DNA of 64,000 nucleotides from NCBI GenBank assembly GCA_951406725.2, contig OX597814.1, positions 71,858,001-71,922,000 on the forward strand. The letters are read 5' to 3'. Below, in pieces: positions 21,396 through 35,956 of this stretch. Origin of the DNA: Octopus vulgaris. Taxonomy: Eukaryota. The notes beneath the pieces were generated by a model. It was not told the DNA's origin. It ran no database searches and was given only the letters and a program-made list of their open reading frames with translations. The translations under genes and the position numbers were made by a program. Within the stretch, counting starts at the first letter, position 1; every line of letters starts with the position of its first letter.

Positions 21396-23153
21396 TATGT
21401 TTATGTATACATATAAATATATATATATACATATTTATATATATGTAATATATATGTATAGCAGAGATACCCAGCGTTGCCCATGTTACATGCAATTGAA
21501 GAATTAGACTTTTCTGTTATATTTTCTGTAATGAACTGGAATACCTATGATTCAAATTTCATCAACATTGCAGATGAGACTTATTTCCCTCTTTACACAC
21601 CCTAAAAAATTGTAATCATGATACATATATCCCATACTACTGATTTTTATGCGCAGATTCCAAAATTCCAGTCTTATAGAACCTGTTAAAAGGATATAGC
21701 TCCTGAAAAATGGAGGTCATGGAGCTCTAAAATGTGGGAGTTAAGTGGGTGTCTTAATATCAACCACAGAAGTTGAGAATCTTTTTAACTTGGGTCTTAT
21801 ATGTATTGTTTGAATTTCTTTGAAATAGGAAATATATGTATGTTCACTGGGTTTGTAAAAGAGAGCAAAGCTACAGGAAACCAAAAGACAAATGATCACA
21901 ATAAGCAGTCAGCTACTGTACCCTAGTTGTTACCACTCCCAATGTAGGATTCCTCGCCATCCAGGTGACAGCCACAGCCATAAAATGCATTATGGATCTA
22001 TAGCAATTGGAAGAATGTGACCCAACTGAAATAAACTTTAACAACTGTGCGACGTGAGGGCTAATGAGAAATGAAAGTGTCACCTCTGGAGTTTGCAAAT
22101 GACCACCATACTGATACGTAACTGGACAGAATAAATTTACAACCTATAAATGTCTTTGAATAACCAGTCACTCATCTCGGAAGGCCTTGAAATCAATGTT
22201 ACCATCTGGGGACTATGTGTCACCCAGTGATAATAAAAAGCCTGAAAGGAGGTCTGCAACCAAATAACTTTACTCAACACTTTGCAACTGAATCAGTGGA
22301 GGCAAAGATGCCTCTCATTTACTTGACAATTTATGCACCACATTGCAGAAATCACAATCTAAGTATATCTCAAAGCAAACTCTTACACTGTTGTACCATT
22401 GAATTACAAATAATGCTCATCTTTTATGCTTGGGTGGCCCTACAGCTTCCAAGAATACAACTGTATTTGTCTTTACTTAGATAAATTGTGGGTGTTAAGT
22501 CCCCATGAAGGGGTCTTTCTAAGAAGATGAAATTTTATAAATATTACTTCATTTGTGTCTAATATCTATGGTTAAAATTTCATCAACAACAAAAATATGA
22601 ATTGCCATGGGGGTTATGGCCCTTATACATAGAATATAATTTCCAAATTTCGTAAAAATCCATTCATTACTTTTGACCTAGTTTTGGGTCATTAAAAAAA
22701 TGACTAAAATTTGGGAGTTACGCCCCCCCCCCCCCTCCCCCATTTGGGTGTCTTAGAATTCTCACGAGAAGTGGAAACTTTGAGAAAACTTCTTGATGTG
22801 TGTCAATTTCATCAACATCGAAAATTTATGAATTTTAATGGGGGTTCTGTCCCCTTTAAGTCATCTGAAATTCAAACCAAACATATTGTGTTATACCTGC
22901 CCTTATGCATTGAATCTAAGTTCCAAATATCATAAGGATCCATTCAGAATTTTTGGTCCACGAAATTGTATGAAACATACAGCATTACCCTTCTACCTAG
23001 GCTTGGATTTTGTGCTCGAAATTTCATTAGGATCAGTGCAGCAGTTTTCGAATGTATAAAGTAACACACAAACACATATAAAGACATTAACTTTGATATA
23101 ATAGATATGAATATGCACATATACATACATGTATGTGTGTGTGTGTGCGTATC

Positions 23154-23193
<40 letters not shown>

Positions 23194-23295
23194 GTATATA
23201 TATGTGTGTGTATATATATATATATATACACACACACATCTTTTGTGTATGTGTGTGTGTGTATATATACACACACACACACATACACACACACA

Positions 23296-23337
<42 letters not shown>

Positions 23338-23579
23338 ATAAATTGATAGAGACACTGCCTAGTGCTTTTTTTATGTTGATAAGCCTAGTACTTATTCTAT
23401 CAGTTTCTTCTTGTCAAACCAGTACTTTATGGGGGATTAAATAAATGAATAGCAGTTGTGAAGCAGTGATGAGGGCGAAACACAGAGACAAAGACACACA
23501 CATACATTTACATATATACATACATATATATACGATTGATTTCTTTCAGTTTCTCTCTACGAAATCCATATATATATAT

Positions 23580-25169
23580 AGAAATTAGTACCAATGATAA
23601 GGATATAATCTTCCATGCTAGAAAGACATTACTTTTCAGTGAGAATGCAAAGTGGGTAAAAAACACCGACACGGAGGGCGCTTTCGATGTGAGCATGGGT
23701 TCATATGATGGGGCAGGCATCTGTGATCTAATTGGACTCTTTCTCCTAGATACCTTCAGTAAGACATTCCCTAACGTACATTTCGCCATCTACAAAGATG
23801 ATGCCCTCGCCTTAACAGCTAATACAAATGGACCAACACAAGATCGTTTTAGGAAGGATATTATCCAGTTAATGAAACACTTCGGACTTAGTATAACTAT
23901 AGACACTAACCTGACGGTTGTCAATTTCTTAGACGTTTCCTTAGATCTTAATAATAATATTTATAAGCCTTATAGGAAGCCCAATGATAGACTAAGTTAT
24001 ATTAATGTAGGTTCATGCCATCCCCCTATAGTATTCAAAAATTTAGTTAAAAATATTAGTAAGAGGATTTCTAGCCTCTCATCTAATGAGGACATCTTCA
24101 ATAGCGTTGCCCCAGTTTATAATAAAGCTTTAAAAGATAGTGGTTTTAGTGAAAAAATAAAATATACACCTATCACCAGCCCAACAATAAGGAAAAGGAA
24201 TAATAGAAATAGGAAGGTCATCTGGTTTACGCCCCTTACTCACCCGAGGTGGCCTTCAATATAGGTAAATATTTCCTAGCACTGATAGATAGACATTTTC
24301 CAGTTAACCATGCTTATAGGAAACTCTTCAATAGACACAATTTAAAAATTAGTTTTAGTTCAACTACCAATTTTAAAAACATAATCAATCATAACATACA
24401 AAAAACACAAGAAGAAAACAGCTGTTCATGCAGGAATAAAGAATTGTGCCCGCTAAATGGAGCTTGCATGTCCAAGACCATCATATATGAAGCTACCGTA
24501 AACTCTATAACCACTAAAGACACCGTTTTGACGAAGAAATACGTGGGCCTGACAGAGGGTAATTTCAAGGCCAGGTTCAATAACCACACTTTGAGCTTTA
24601 GGCACTGGAACAAAAGAAAAGCGACACAATTATCCAATCATATTTGGTCTTTAAGAGATAAAGGTGTCGATTATAACATACAATGGAAGATTTTGGCCAG
24701 ATGTAAGCCCTATACTAACGGCAGCGGAAGGTGCGGTTTATGCGACATGGAGAGATGGCTTATCTGGAAAAGCAGCTTAGACCCTACCACATGTCTAAAT
24801 ACAAGGACAGAACTTTTCGGATCATGCCCACATGTGACTAAATTTCTGTTACGTTTTTGGTCCCCTAAAGAAAACGGATAGAACATGCTTTCTGTGTTAT
24901 GTCCCAAGAAGATTTTATATATTTTTATATATTTTTATATATTTTTATGTATTTTTATATAATTTTTATGACGAAAAATGCGAGCGATGTATAAGTACGC
25001 AGGCAAAGCAGAGTTATAACAGAGTAATTTCCCTTCATTTTTAACGGTATTTTTTCATAACGTTTTCAAATAGCCAGATAACCGAAGAGATGGTGTTGTG
25101 GATTTCCACTTCGGCATCTGAAACTCAGAGTTTTATCTTGACTACCGAGTAATGTAACATATTGTATAG

Positions 25170-25170
<1 letters not shown>
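23580..25170 (+). mobile_element. Penelope-like element (second family), 5'-truncated, frameshift near 24240
   Basis: FDVSMGSYDGA, YKDD, VNFLDV, YRKPN; CSC..CPLNGAC, IIYEATV..KYVGLTEG GIY-YIG; HHR at the 3' end. Confidence 0.9.
25076..25138 (+). ncRNA. Type-I hammerhead, CCGAAGA core variant, stem II register imperfect
   Basis: agataa-CCGAAGA-gatg..catc t-GAAA-ctc a gag-TT-ttatct. Confidence 0.65.
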
Positions 25171-25234
<64 letters not shown>

Positions 25235-25420
25235 CATATATATATATATTTATGTGTGTGTGTGTATGTGCGTGTGCGTGTGTGTGCATATACACACAAA
25301 TATGTGTGTGTATATATATATATGTATAGTATATATAAATTAGAGAAAAAACACTATTATGCAATTCATACAATGATAGACATAAACCAAATCATAAAGA
25401 AAAAAATAATATATTATAAA

Positions 25421-25844
25421 ACATATAACTAGATCACAAAAAGTACAAAAACGAATAAACTATATAATAAGTAAAAAAAACTACATACATTTCATGGCTA
25501 TAATTTAAAATTCGAATTACAATTAAATTTAATCGAAAAGGTTTTTTACATGATAAATGTCCTATTGTTTAAGTTTCAAATTTAGTTAATGGAGTTTCTT
25601 CTAAAAGAACAATCATGATTTTAATTCTTTAAGAAATATTGTTTAATTCTATTTATTTATTTAACTATTATTGTTATTATTGTTGACCTGAGGAGTCACT
25701 ATACTTTTAAATTGAATTGTTTTTTGATTAGATTTAAATTTAATTGTAATTCGAATTGAAATTATAGCCATGAAACCTGCATAGTCTTTTTACTTGTTAT
25801 ATATTGTTTATTCATTTTTGTACTTTCTGTGATCTAGTTATATG
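25421..25844. repeat. Old inverted repeat of a Penelope-type terminus with degenerate hammerhead (25685-25786, +)
   Basis: 25421-25531 vs 25733-25844 are reverse complements; gac-CTGAGGA..GAAAcctgcaTA-gtc. Confidence 0.6.
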
Positions 25845-26980
25845 TGTTACGAGGTGGGGGGGACCTCCGATTCGAACTGTTACAGAATCCCTCAGACAGG
25901 TCCATTCGATGCAGCGAATAAGCTACGGAAACTCGGAGAGGAGAGGAGAGACAACAACAACAGCAGCAGCAGCAATCAGGAATATCCCACTTCTGACACC
26001 AATTGTTACGAGGGGGGACCTCCGATTTGAACTGTTACGGAATCCCTCACACCCAGGCCCGTTCGATGCAGCGAATGTTTTCGCCACGGAAACTCGTCGG
26101 AGAGGAGAGGAGAGGAGAGATAGATACAACAACCGCCACAGCAGCACAGAGGCAATCGAGAGAGACACAAAGAGGCAAGGCACAACTGGCTTACATTTAA
26201 CAACTAGTTTATATGACAATCAATTCTTACAACATCAAATACATATCAGGTACATTTAAAAGAGGACATGCACGTAACAACTCAATACATCATACAGGTA
26301 TACCACAGATCAAAGCATTTAAACATGCAAGTAACATTATAACTGCCTGGTAACAACACATCAAGGTCAATACATCAGCATTTCAAAGGTACACGTCCGA
26401 AGACAAAGTTCTATTTCAAAACACATCAACAAGTCATATACAGTTCAAAGGACATTACAGGCCTAACAGTTCAATGTTCATTATACAATGTTCAAATCAC
26501 AACACTGTACACAATGTCTTTACACAATTCACAATGTTCATTAAATTCCTTTTTACTGTCTCATTTCTTTTCACTGTTCAATACATCAATTCTTTTTCCT
26601 TCTTTTTCTTCACATATCAATACACAATTCACATACCTTAATTCCTAATTAGAATAGCCAGTGTCCCATATTGTAGTTCCTCTCTCTCAGTACTGCTAGC
26701 TCCAACTTGCCAAACTCTTGCCCCGAATTCCCAAATCCTCACTCCTAAAATTCCAACTGCTCGCTTTGATGACCGAAATCCGACTGTCCCTCTATCCCTA
26801 CCCTCAATCTGTCTCTTAGCACTTATACTCTCTCTATCCCGCCTGGTCCTACGTCCCTATCTCTATCAGTGCTGCTGCTGTCATTCTCTCATGACAGCTC
26901 TCAGATCCCTTACTCTGTCTTTCCACTGCTAATATTCTCTCTATCTTCACTGTCACTAGATTCTTCCTTACTCTATCTTC
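25845..26980 (-). mobile_element. LTR-retrotransposon remnant: LTR end, PBS and a duplicated LTR 3' part
   Basis: Minus strand reads ..cgtaaCA-at-TGGTGTCAGAAGTGGGAT; 25845-25950 duplicates 26004-26120. The right boundary is uncertain. Confidence 0.6.
25984..26001 (-). promoter_or_regulatory. Primer-binding site, complementary to a tRNA-Leu 3' end
   Basis: TGGTGTCAGAAGTGGGAT two nt after the LTR-terminal CA. Confidence 0.7.
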
Positions 26981-27518
26981 CGTGTGTGGTTTCCACTTCA
27001 TCGGGGAATTATCTCCCTTTGCAGGATAGAGGACGCCGTGATGGTGTCAAGCCTATCTGGCGACGTTGATGTTCGCCTGGGGCTAAATGCAACAGTAACA
27101 CCCCCACCACCCTGCCCTGTCCCTAGCCATATTCAGATGGCTTTAGTCCCTTGTGTTATGGAGCAGTTACTGTCTATATCTCATTTAGAGAATTATTATT
27201 GCTGTCGAACAGATTTTCGAAATCAGCAAATGTATTTTGCTTGAAAATCTATATAAATATCCTGCAGAGTGAGGTGTTCGTCGAGGAAGCGGTTGCCTAC
27301 CATACGTTGATAATAGGCAAACACCTTGTAACCTAGGTCCGTGTGTGGTTTCCGCTTCATCGGGGAATTATCTCCCTTTGCAGGATAGAGGACGCCGTGA
27401 TGGTGTCAAGCCTATCTGGCGACGTTGATGTTCGCCTGGGGCTAAATGCAACAGTAACACCCCCACCACCCTGCCCTGTCCCTAGCCATATTCAGATGGC
27501 TTTAGTCCCTTGTGTTAT
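26981..27518 (+). mobile_element. Retrozyme-like tandem array, 1.5 copies of a 359-bp unit; degenerate HHR at 27300-27348
   Basis: Unit repeats at 26981 and 27340; homologous to 59714-60954; catacg-TTGATAA..GTAA-cctagg-TC-cgtgtg. Confidence 0.85.
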
Positions 27519-29087
<1,569 letters not shown>

Positions 29088-29088
29088 T

Positions 29089-31953
29089 ATGATTTGATTT
29101 TGATTTGATTTTTCCAGTTTCAGCTAATGAGCTGTGGCCATGCTGGGGCACCGCCATTTGGTTTGCTACACGATTTTACCTCACGGATGCTTTTTAGCAA
29201 ACGCCATCTGATGCATGAGAGAGTTCAATGCAGCTGCCCTCATCTGCACCTCCGGCCGTGAAGTTGGTTCATCCGGGACACCTGACAGGAAGAGATCCAG
29301 TCCTACTTTAAAGACATCCGCATCTACACCATGCAGGTCCCTCAGGTTCTTCGGGAGGATATTGAACAGCGGTGGGCCTCTGAAGCCCAGGCTATCACAA
29401 TATCTTGTCCTACATCTTGATGGCAAATTTGGAGTCCTTGGTACTACGCAGTGGCGCCCGGTTCTGGCATTTGTGCGACTCTTGATGCCAAAGTCTGGGA
29501 CAAGTCCTTCCAGGATCTTCCAGCTATATATTATGGCATATCTTTCTCGCCTACACTCCAGGGAATAGAGCTTTAATCTCTTGAGTCTTTCCCAGTAGGT
29601 CATATGCTGCACAGAGGCTATCTTCTTCGTGTAGCTTCGTTGGATCGCCTCAAGTTCTGTGATCAACTTGACACTGGATGGTGACAATAGCTGAGAGCAA
29701 TAGTCAAAGTGGCTTAGGACAAGTGTCTTCCAGAGGATCATCATGGTTTCTTGTTCTCTTGTTCTAAAGGTTCTAAGAATCCATCCAGCCAGCCGTCTAC
29801 ATTTCATTGTCAGTTTAGCAACATGTACATGAAAGGTCGCGTCATCACTCATGTGAATACCCAGGTCACGCACTGATTGTGCCTCCGGGATTGCAATCCC
29901 TCCGGGTCCAGTGTATTCATTGGGTATTGCATTCAGTTTTGCATGCTGATAGTGTAAAGCTTGAAACTTTTCAGCATTGAACTGCATGCTATTCTTTTCA
30001 GCCCACTTGTATATTTCGTCCAGCTCACATTGCAGGTGCTTAGTGTCTTCAGGGTTCTGTATTGTCTGTGAGACTTTTGTATCATCTGCATAACTTGTGA
30101 TCGTGGCTCTCTGCGTGGCTGAGGGCATGTCCGAGAGGGCCATTATGAACAGTAGTGGTCCCAAAACAGTGCCCTGCGGAACACCGCTCACCACCTGCGT
30201 GCCAATGGAAGCGGCCCCATTGGCTGCCACCACCTGACTTCTATTCCTCAGAAAGCCACGAAGCCATTTTCCCAATCTTCCAACTATGCTAAGATCACGC
30301 AGCCTGTGACACATCACTCCATGATCGACTTTATCAAAGGCCCCCGCAAAGTCGAGATATATCACTTCCACATTTGAGTGGTTGAGCAGTTGTTTCAGCA
30401 CCCAGTCATAGTGTTGTAGGAGCTGAGTTAAGCAGCTTCTTCCTGGTCGGAAACCATGTTGGGTGTCAGGCAGCAAGTCATTTTCTTCAAGGAAGGTGAT
30501 TAGTTTCCTTCTGACTATTCGTTCCATGACCTTGCTGATGTGTGAGGTCAGAGAGATAGGTCTGTAGTTCTTGGCCTCCGCTCTGCCACCTCCCCCACGA
30601 ATAGGGCATATTTTACCTTCCTTCAGTTTTCTTGGAAGTTTGCCAGCTGCAAGGAAGCTCTGAAAGAGGAACTGCAGTGGTCTTGCTAGGACTCTCTTAC
30701 ATACTTTTAGGAGGATTGCCGGGAATCCATCGGGGCCAATAGCTGAGTCTGTTTTCATTTCATCTATAGCCTTTATTACATCGTCTTCCTTTATATCGAT
30801 GTAATTTATCGTCGCCGCCTCTGATTTTATATTTGCAGTGGTAAAGAAGTCAGTTGGATTGCTGATTTGGAAATGCCCAAGGGGTGGAGTGAAAACACTC
30901 TTGATTTGCTCATTCAGTATTTCACTTACCCTCATTGGTTTTCCTGTGAGTGTGCTATCCTTTTCAAGGAGTGGCCCTATCCTACAGTGCACCGTAGCTG
31001 TTTCTTTGGCATACCTGTAGAAAGCTCTGGGGTTAGTTTTTATGTTGTCTATAGCCCAGGCTTCTTTGTCTGCTCTTTCCTTTTCATGGGAGAGTTGCAG
31101 ACATTTTTCAATTTCCAACAGTTTTATTTTCAGGCGGGACTTTTCACTGCTTTCAATTTGTTTGTTTAGGCGATTTGAAATTTTTGTACGCCGTCTCATT
31201 AGAATTTTCCTCTCTCTGGGGATTTTGTTCTTGTGTACAGTGGCCTTTCTCTCTGGGACACATTTGTAGCATATGGCTTGCATTACAGACATGAATTGTT
31301 GAAGTTTCATGTCGATGGCCGGCGAGGAGAGACATTCAGGCCAGTTTTGTTTGAGGATCTCTTTCTCAATTTGTTTCCAGTTTGCCTTATTGAAGTTCAA
31401 GCTGGAAAGATTCTGAGAGTTTCTTGTAGGCTGCATGTCCGTGCTCTCTTTTGGCCCGTACATGGTCAGCTCTACCATGTTGTGATCCGAGAGTAGTGTC
31501 GGTGCCACTTTCACATTATGGATGAGATCCATATTATTTGTGAAGCAGAGATCCAGTGTGTTACCTGCCCTGGTTGGTTGGAGTATTACTTGCTCCATGT
31601 ACAGTGTTGATGAGGTTCAGGAGGGACCTCGCCTGTCCTCGTTCACATCTTGTCATTCCTGGGAGAGAAAGGCCCTCAGGCTATCTGACATTGGGTAGAT
31701 TGAAGTCTCCCATGAGAAGTACACTTATGTGTTGTTCTAATGTGATTAGAACTTCTTTTATTTTTATAAGGCAGTCTTGAAACTTGCCTACATGGCTTGG
31801 GGCATCTGGAGGGCGATATGTAGCACACACAACTACATCAAGTTGCCTTATGTGTACAATTAGTGTGTCACACACCGAGTTTGAGTATGACAAAAGGACC
31901 TGGGGTGTGAGGTCCTCACGGATGTACATAGCAACTCCTCCATGACTCCTTTC
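29089..31953 (-). mobile_element. CR1-group LINE subfamily A copy, 5'-truncated, frameshift near 31603, clustered A>G substitutions
   Basis: ORFs 29181..31598 and 31681..31929 are highly similar to 4764-7871; (AAATC)n tail. Confidence 0.92.
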
Positions 31954-31955
31954 TC

Positions 31956-32577
31956 TTATTTACTCTTATTATATTACTAATTGGAATTTTTACTCCCTTA
32001 CGACAACCCATAGTTTCTATCTCTAAGGACCTATCTTTGGAATGCGCATAGTAAAATTTTGAAGGGAAAATTTACGAATTCAATCGTCTATATAGGTTTA
32101 GGCTATGCTCACTTTCTTCCACTATTTCGATGTCGCCTGGTCGGGAAGTGGAGGTACGTAGCATTTGATAAATCTATTTTAGTGGAGTTTTACGCTGATG
32201 AAAGACATGAAATATATATTTTATTATATTTCTAATCTAGAATCGCATTCGTAAATGACCGTTAGACTTTGTTTTCATTATTTATTCCTTCTGTTTTGCA
32301 TATGTGGATTACAGGGATATGTCGTATGTGGAGTCTCATTTGTAGAAAATAGAAATAAACAGTCTCTGACTGCTATTTCTAATTTTTTCAGTATGCGGCT
32401 AAGCAAACTGTTGCCTGCCTCTTTTATTTATATACGATATATATATATACTGAACTTTATAGAAGTTCCTACCGTTAATGGTTATATTTACATGCCAAAA
32501 TCTACCAGTAAATAATTGTTTTTTTTGGTTTTTTTAAACCATCAAAGATATTATTTACTCTTATTATATTACTAATT
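31956..32577 (+). mobile_element. Non-coding 595-bp unit with 27-bp terminal direct repeat and degenerate HHR (32189-32255)
   Basis: ttatttactcttattatattactaatt at 31956 and 32551; tttacg-CTGATGA..GAATcgcaTT-cgtaaa. Confidence 0.6.
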
Positions 32578-32771
32578 ATAAATATATATGTATAGATATA
32601 TATAAATATAAATATATAGAGATATATATAAATATATATATAGATATATATATAAATATATATATAGATATATATATATATAAATATATATATAGATATA
32701 TATATATATAAATATACTAGCAGAGATACCCGGCCTTGCTTGGATTTAAAATGGCATAGATTTTTATTGTG

Positions 32772-33050
32772 TTACTTGTTTCAGTCATATGACTGCGGCC
32801 ATACTGGAGCACCACTGTCGGTCAAAGAAATCAACCACAGGATTTATTCTTTGTAAGCCTAGTACTCATTCTGTCAGTGTCTTTAACCAGAACACTAAGT
32901 TATACGAATGTAAACACATCAACATCATTTGTCAAGCAATGGTCAGGGTACAAACACAAGACATGCACACACATATACATATATATGACAGTCTTCTTTC
33001 AGTTTCCAAGTAAGAAATCCACTCACAAGGTTTTGTTCAGCCTGAGGCTA
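32772..33050 (-). mobile_element. Decayed SINE family 1 copy
   Basis: cttgtttcagtcatatgactgcggccatactggagcacc tail; similar to 44958-45400. Confidence 0.8.
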
Positions 33051-33055
33051 TAATA

Positions 33056-33124
<69 letters not shown>

Positions 33125-33544
33125 TAGCTGACATACCCAGTAATTCACGGGAAAGCGGGCTTATCCCTTGATTCCATTCTATTAATTGTTTCGTTAATCC
33201 AGTAGCAACAATACAAAGTATGTAGCCCTTAAAATAGTTTTCATGTATTTATTGAGAATACCAGACTGTCTTACAAAGGATCTTGTTTTTAAGAATTCCC
33301 AATAAGTTATGAATACCCAAATTGTGCAGGAGGAAATACTGATAAGCTATGCATACTAAAATCGTGAAAAATGTTACGTAATTACGAAAATGGTGTTTGT
33401 TTGAAATATAAATTAAAAATTACTGCTTTTGATTTTGGTAAATACACTTTAGTATGAGAATCTTGAAATTCATATATGCCTCCTTGGTAATTCTTCTGTA
33501 GCAATCCATAATAATTATGTATAAAATTCATTATATTGTCATGA

Positions 33545-33900
33545 ATAACGTAGTTTACCAATGTGACATCCGCACAAACAACCAGACGAAATCATAAATA
33601 GGTGCAACTAAGAACCAAATGATTCTCAGATATAATACGTATCTATCCAGCTTCAGAAATAGGAATAAAGCAAACTCAACAGGGCTTAGTGCATACATTT
33701 GGGAACTTAAGGATAAAAAAATAGATTTTAGCTTAAACTGGCATATACTCACAAAAACAACTTCCTACAACACTGCAAATAGACACTGCAATCTCTGCCT
33801 ATCAGAACGCCTAGCTATACTTACCGCTAAGCAAACCCTCTCAACAAGAAATTTGAGAATGACATTTTTTGTCTTCACGTGGGCCTTTATATATTTTCAA
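33545..33900 (+). pseudogene. Penelope GIY-YIG endonuclease fragment
   Basis: VVYQC..IGAT, STGLSAYIWELK, CNLCLSE. Confidence 0.8.
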
Positions 33901-34716
33901 AATACCAGTAGAAAAGCCTCTCTTGTCTTCATGCAACCCTCTATGCCTTCATAATTCTAAACTAAAATACCAATCTATATAAGTCTAATTAACAAAGTAA
34001 CAAATGAAACACACGAATAGTCACCCTGCAAACCCACTCGCCCCAAACATTCCATAAAATACACTTTGTAAATACATAGGGTCCCACCTAGCATTAAGAA
34101 CTTCTTAAACCCTAGCAATGAGACAATCATTAGCCATAACATATTTTCAAACCACCCAATATTTGGTATGAGTTAGCTCCCTTTTCACCCTGCTAGAGTT
34201 ACCTCCCTTCACTTACACTGCCGGTATCAGTAACTGTACAATGGAATATACACTTGCAACAAAATGTGCTTAATTAACGAGGAAACCCGCACCTAAACAA
34301 TTCTCACCCCGCCGTAATTACCCAACGAAACTAACCAAGCAAACCTCTACCCAGCAAATTTACCAGAGCAAGAACAAAAATTTAATGCAAGAATTACTGC
34401 TTTGTTTACATTACCGTCACATATGTATCAATTATTTTCACATCTTAACCGATGCATTTATCTATATTCGCATTCTGAAGAGATTTATTTAAACCAGTAG
34501 ATCTTTCTTTACCTTTTCGCCTATAGATTTAAAAAATAATTTTTTCTAACTAGACACTTTCAAACTTCGGACGCTGGTAGAATGTGTCATATAAAACATC
34601 TTTTACTCTGAAACTTACTTTTACGAAGTTATTTCATGTTAAAGTCGTCCTATTTCGGTAATTTCAACCAATCAATGACATGTATTCTGCTCAATAAAAT
34701 TACTGCTGTTGTTTAG

Positions 34717-35850
34717 AGACTTTAATGGGCATGTCAGGTGGGAATCGGATATCTTCACTGGGGCACACTATGGCCATGGTATTGGCACCCGAAACGATGA
34801 GGAAACCAGGCTACTGGAGTTCTGCATGTAACCTTTTAATCTGCAACACTAACTTCAGGAAGCCAGACAGCCACCTTATAACCTATCAATCAGGGGATTC
34901 TGCAATCCCGATTGATTTCATCCTCACCAGACAGTGGGACACAGGGTTACTCTTAAATACAAAGACCCTCCCAGGTGAAGAATGTGCCCCCCAGCATAGT
35001 CTAGTCATTAGTGACTTTAGGCTCGAGGTCAGGATATCAAGAAGCAGACAAATCCAAAATAGAAGGATTTGGAAGCTAAAGAACCCTTCACATGGTCAGA
35101 AATTTAGGGACATACTCAGCAAGAAATTTGAGGAGAGGGACGAGTAGCTACAGACATCGGACATAGCAGCTTGCTGAGTGCCACAGATCAAGTCTGTGGA
35201 TGGTGAAAAGTCTCTTCCAGACCTAGAGTTACGTGGTAGTGGAATAGTACAGTAGACAAAGCCATTAAAGCAAAGAAACAGGTCTGAAAAGCCTGGAAGG
35301 GTAGGGGTAGCATGGAACTGTATCAGGTAGCCAAAAGGGAGGCTGGGCAGCAGGTATACATAGCCAAGAGCGAAACAAAAGAAGTTTGCCAATGTCCAGC
35401 AATGTGAGGACCAAAGAGCTAAAGTATTTCGGATTGCAAGACAGTGTGTGAGAGAAAATTGTGATGTCACAGGAGAGAAATGTGTGCGAATGGATGATGG
35501 TACACTTGCTTTTAATGATTCTCAAAAGAAAGAGGCTTGGAGAAGCCATTATGAAAGGCTGCTGAATGTGGAGAATGAATGGGAGGAGGAAAGCCTGCCA
35601 AATGTTGACCCAGTAGAAGACCAGCTATCCGAATAGACAGCTCCCTAGCAGATAAAGCAATTAAGGGTATGAAGCCAGGAAAAGCCCCAGGCCCATCTGC
35701 AATCAGTGCGGAGATGCTTAAAACATCTGATTGTGTGGGCTATAGCCTAGTCACCCGCAATGTAACCCAGGTAGTTCATGATGGAGTCATACCCAACGAC
35801 TGGTGTAGCAGCACCATAGTCAACTGCTACAAAAGTAAAGATGAGGCAAT
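34717..35850 (+). mobile_element. Decayed RTE LINE internal fragment
   Basis: CNTNFRKP, TYQSG, IDFILTR, KAPGPS, PNDWCSS; close to the 1-2708 subfamily. Confidence 0.88.
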
Positions 35851-35903
35851 ACAAATTTAAGTGTGCGTGCATACGTACGTACGTACATATGTATGTATGT
35901 ATG

Positions 35904-35956
<53 letters not shown>

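Noticed and set aside
21913-22150. Possible second host exon on minus
   Set aside because: The peptide has no recognisable domain and no convincing donor.
34470-34510. CTGAAGA downstream of the GIY-YIG fragment
   Set aside because: No GAAA or stem III follows; truncated or chance.
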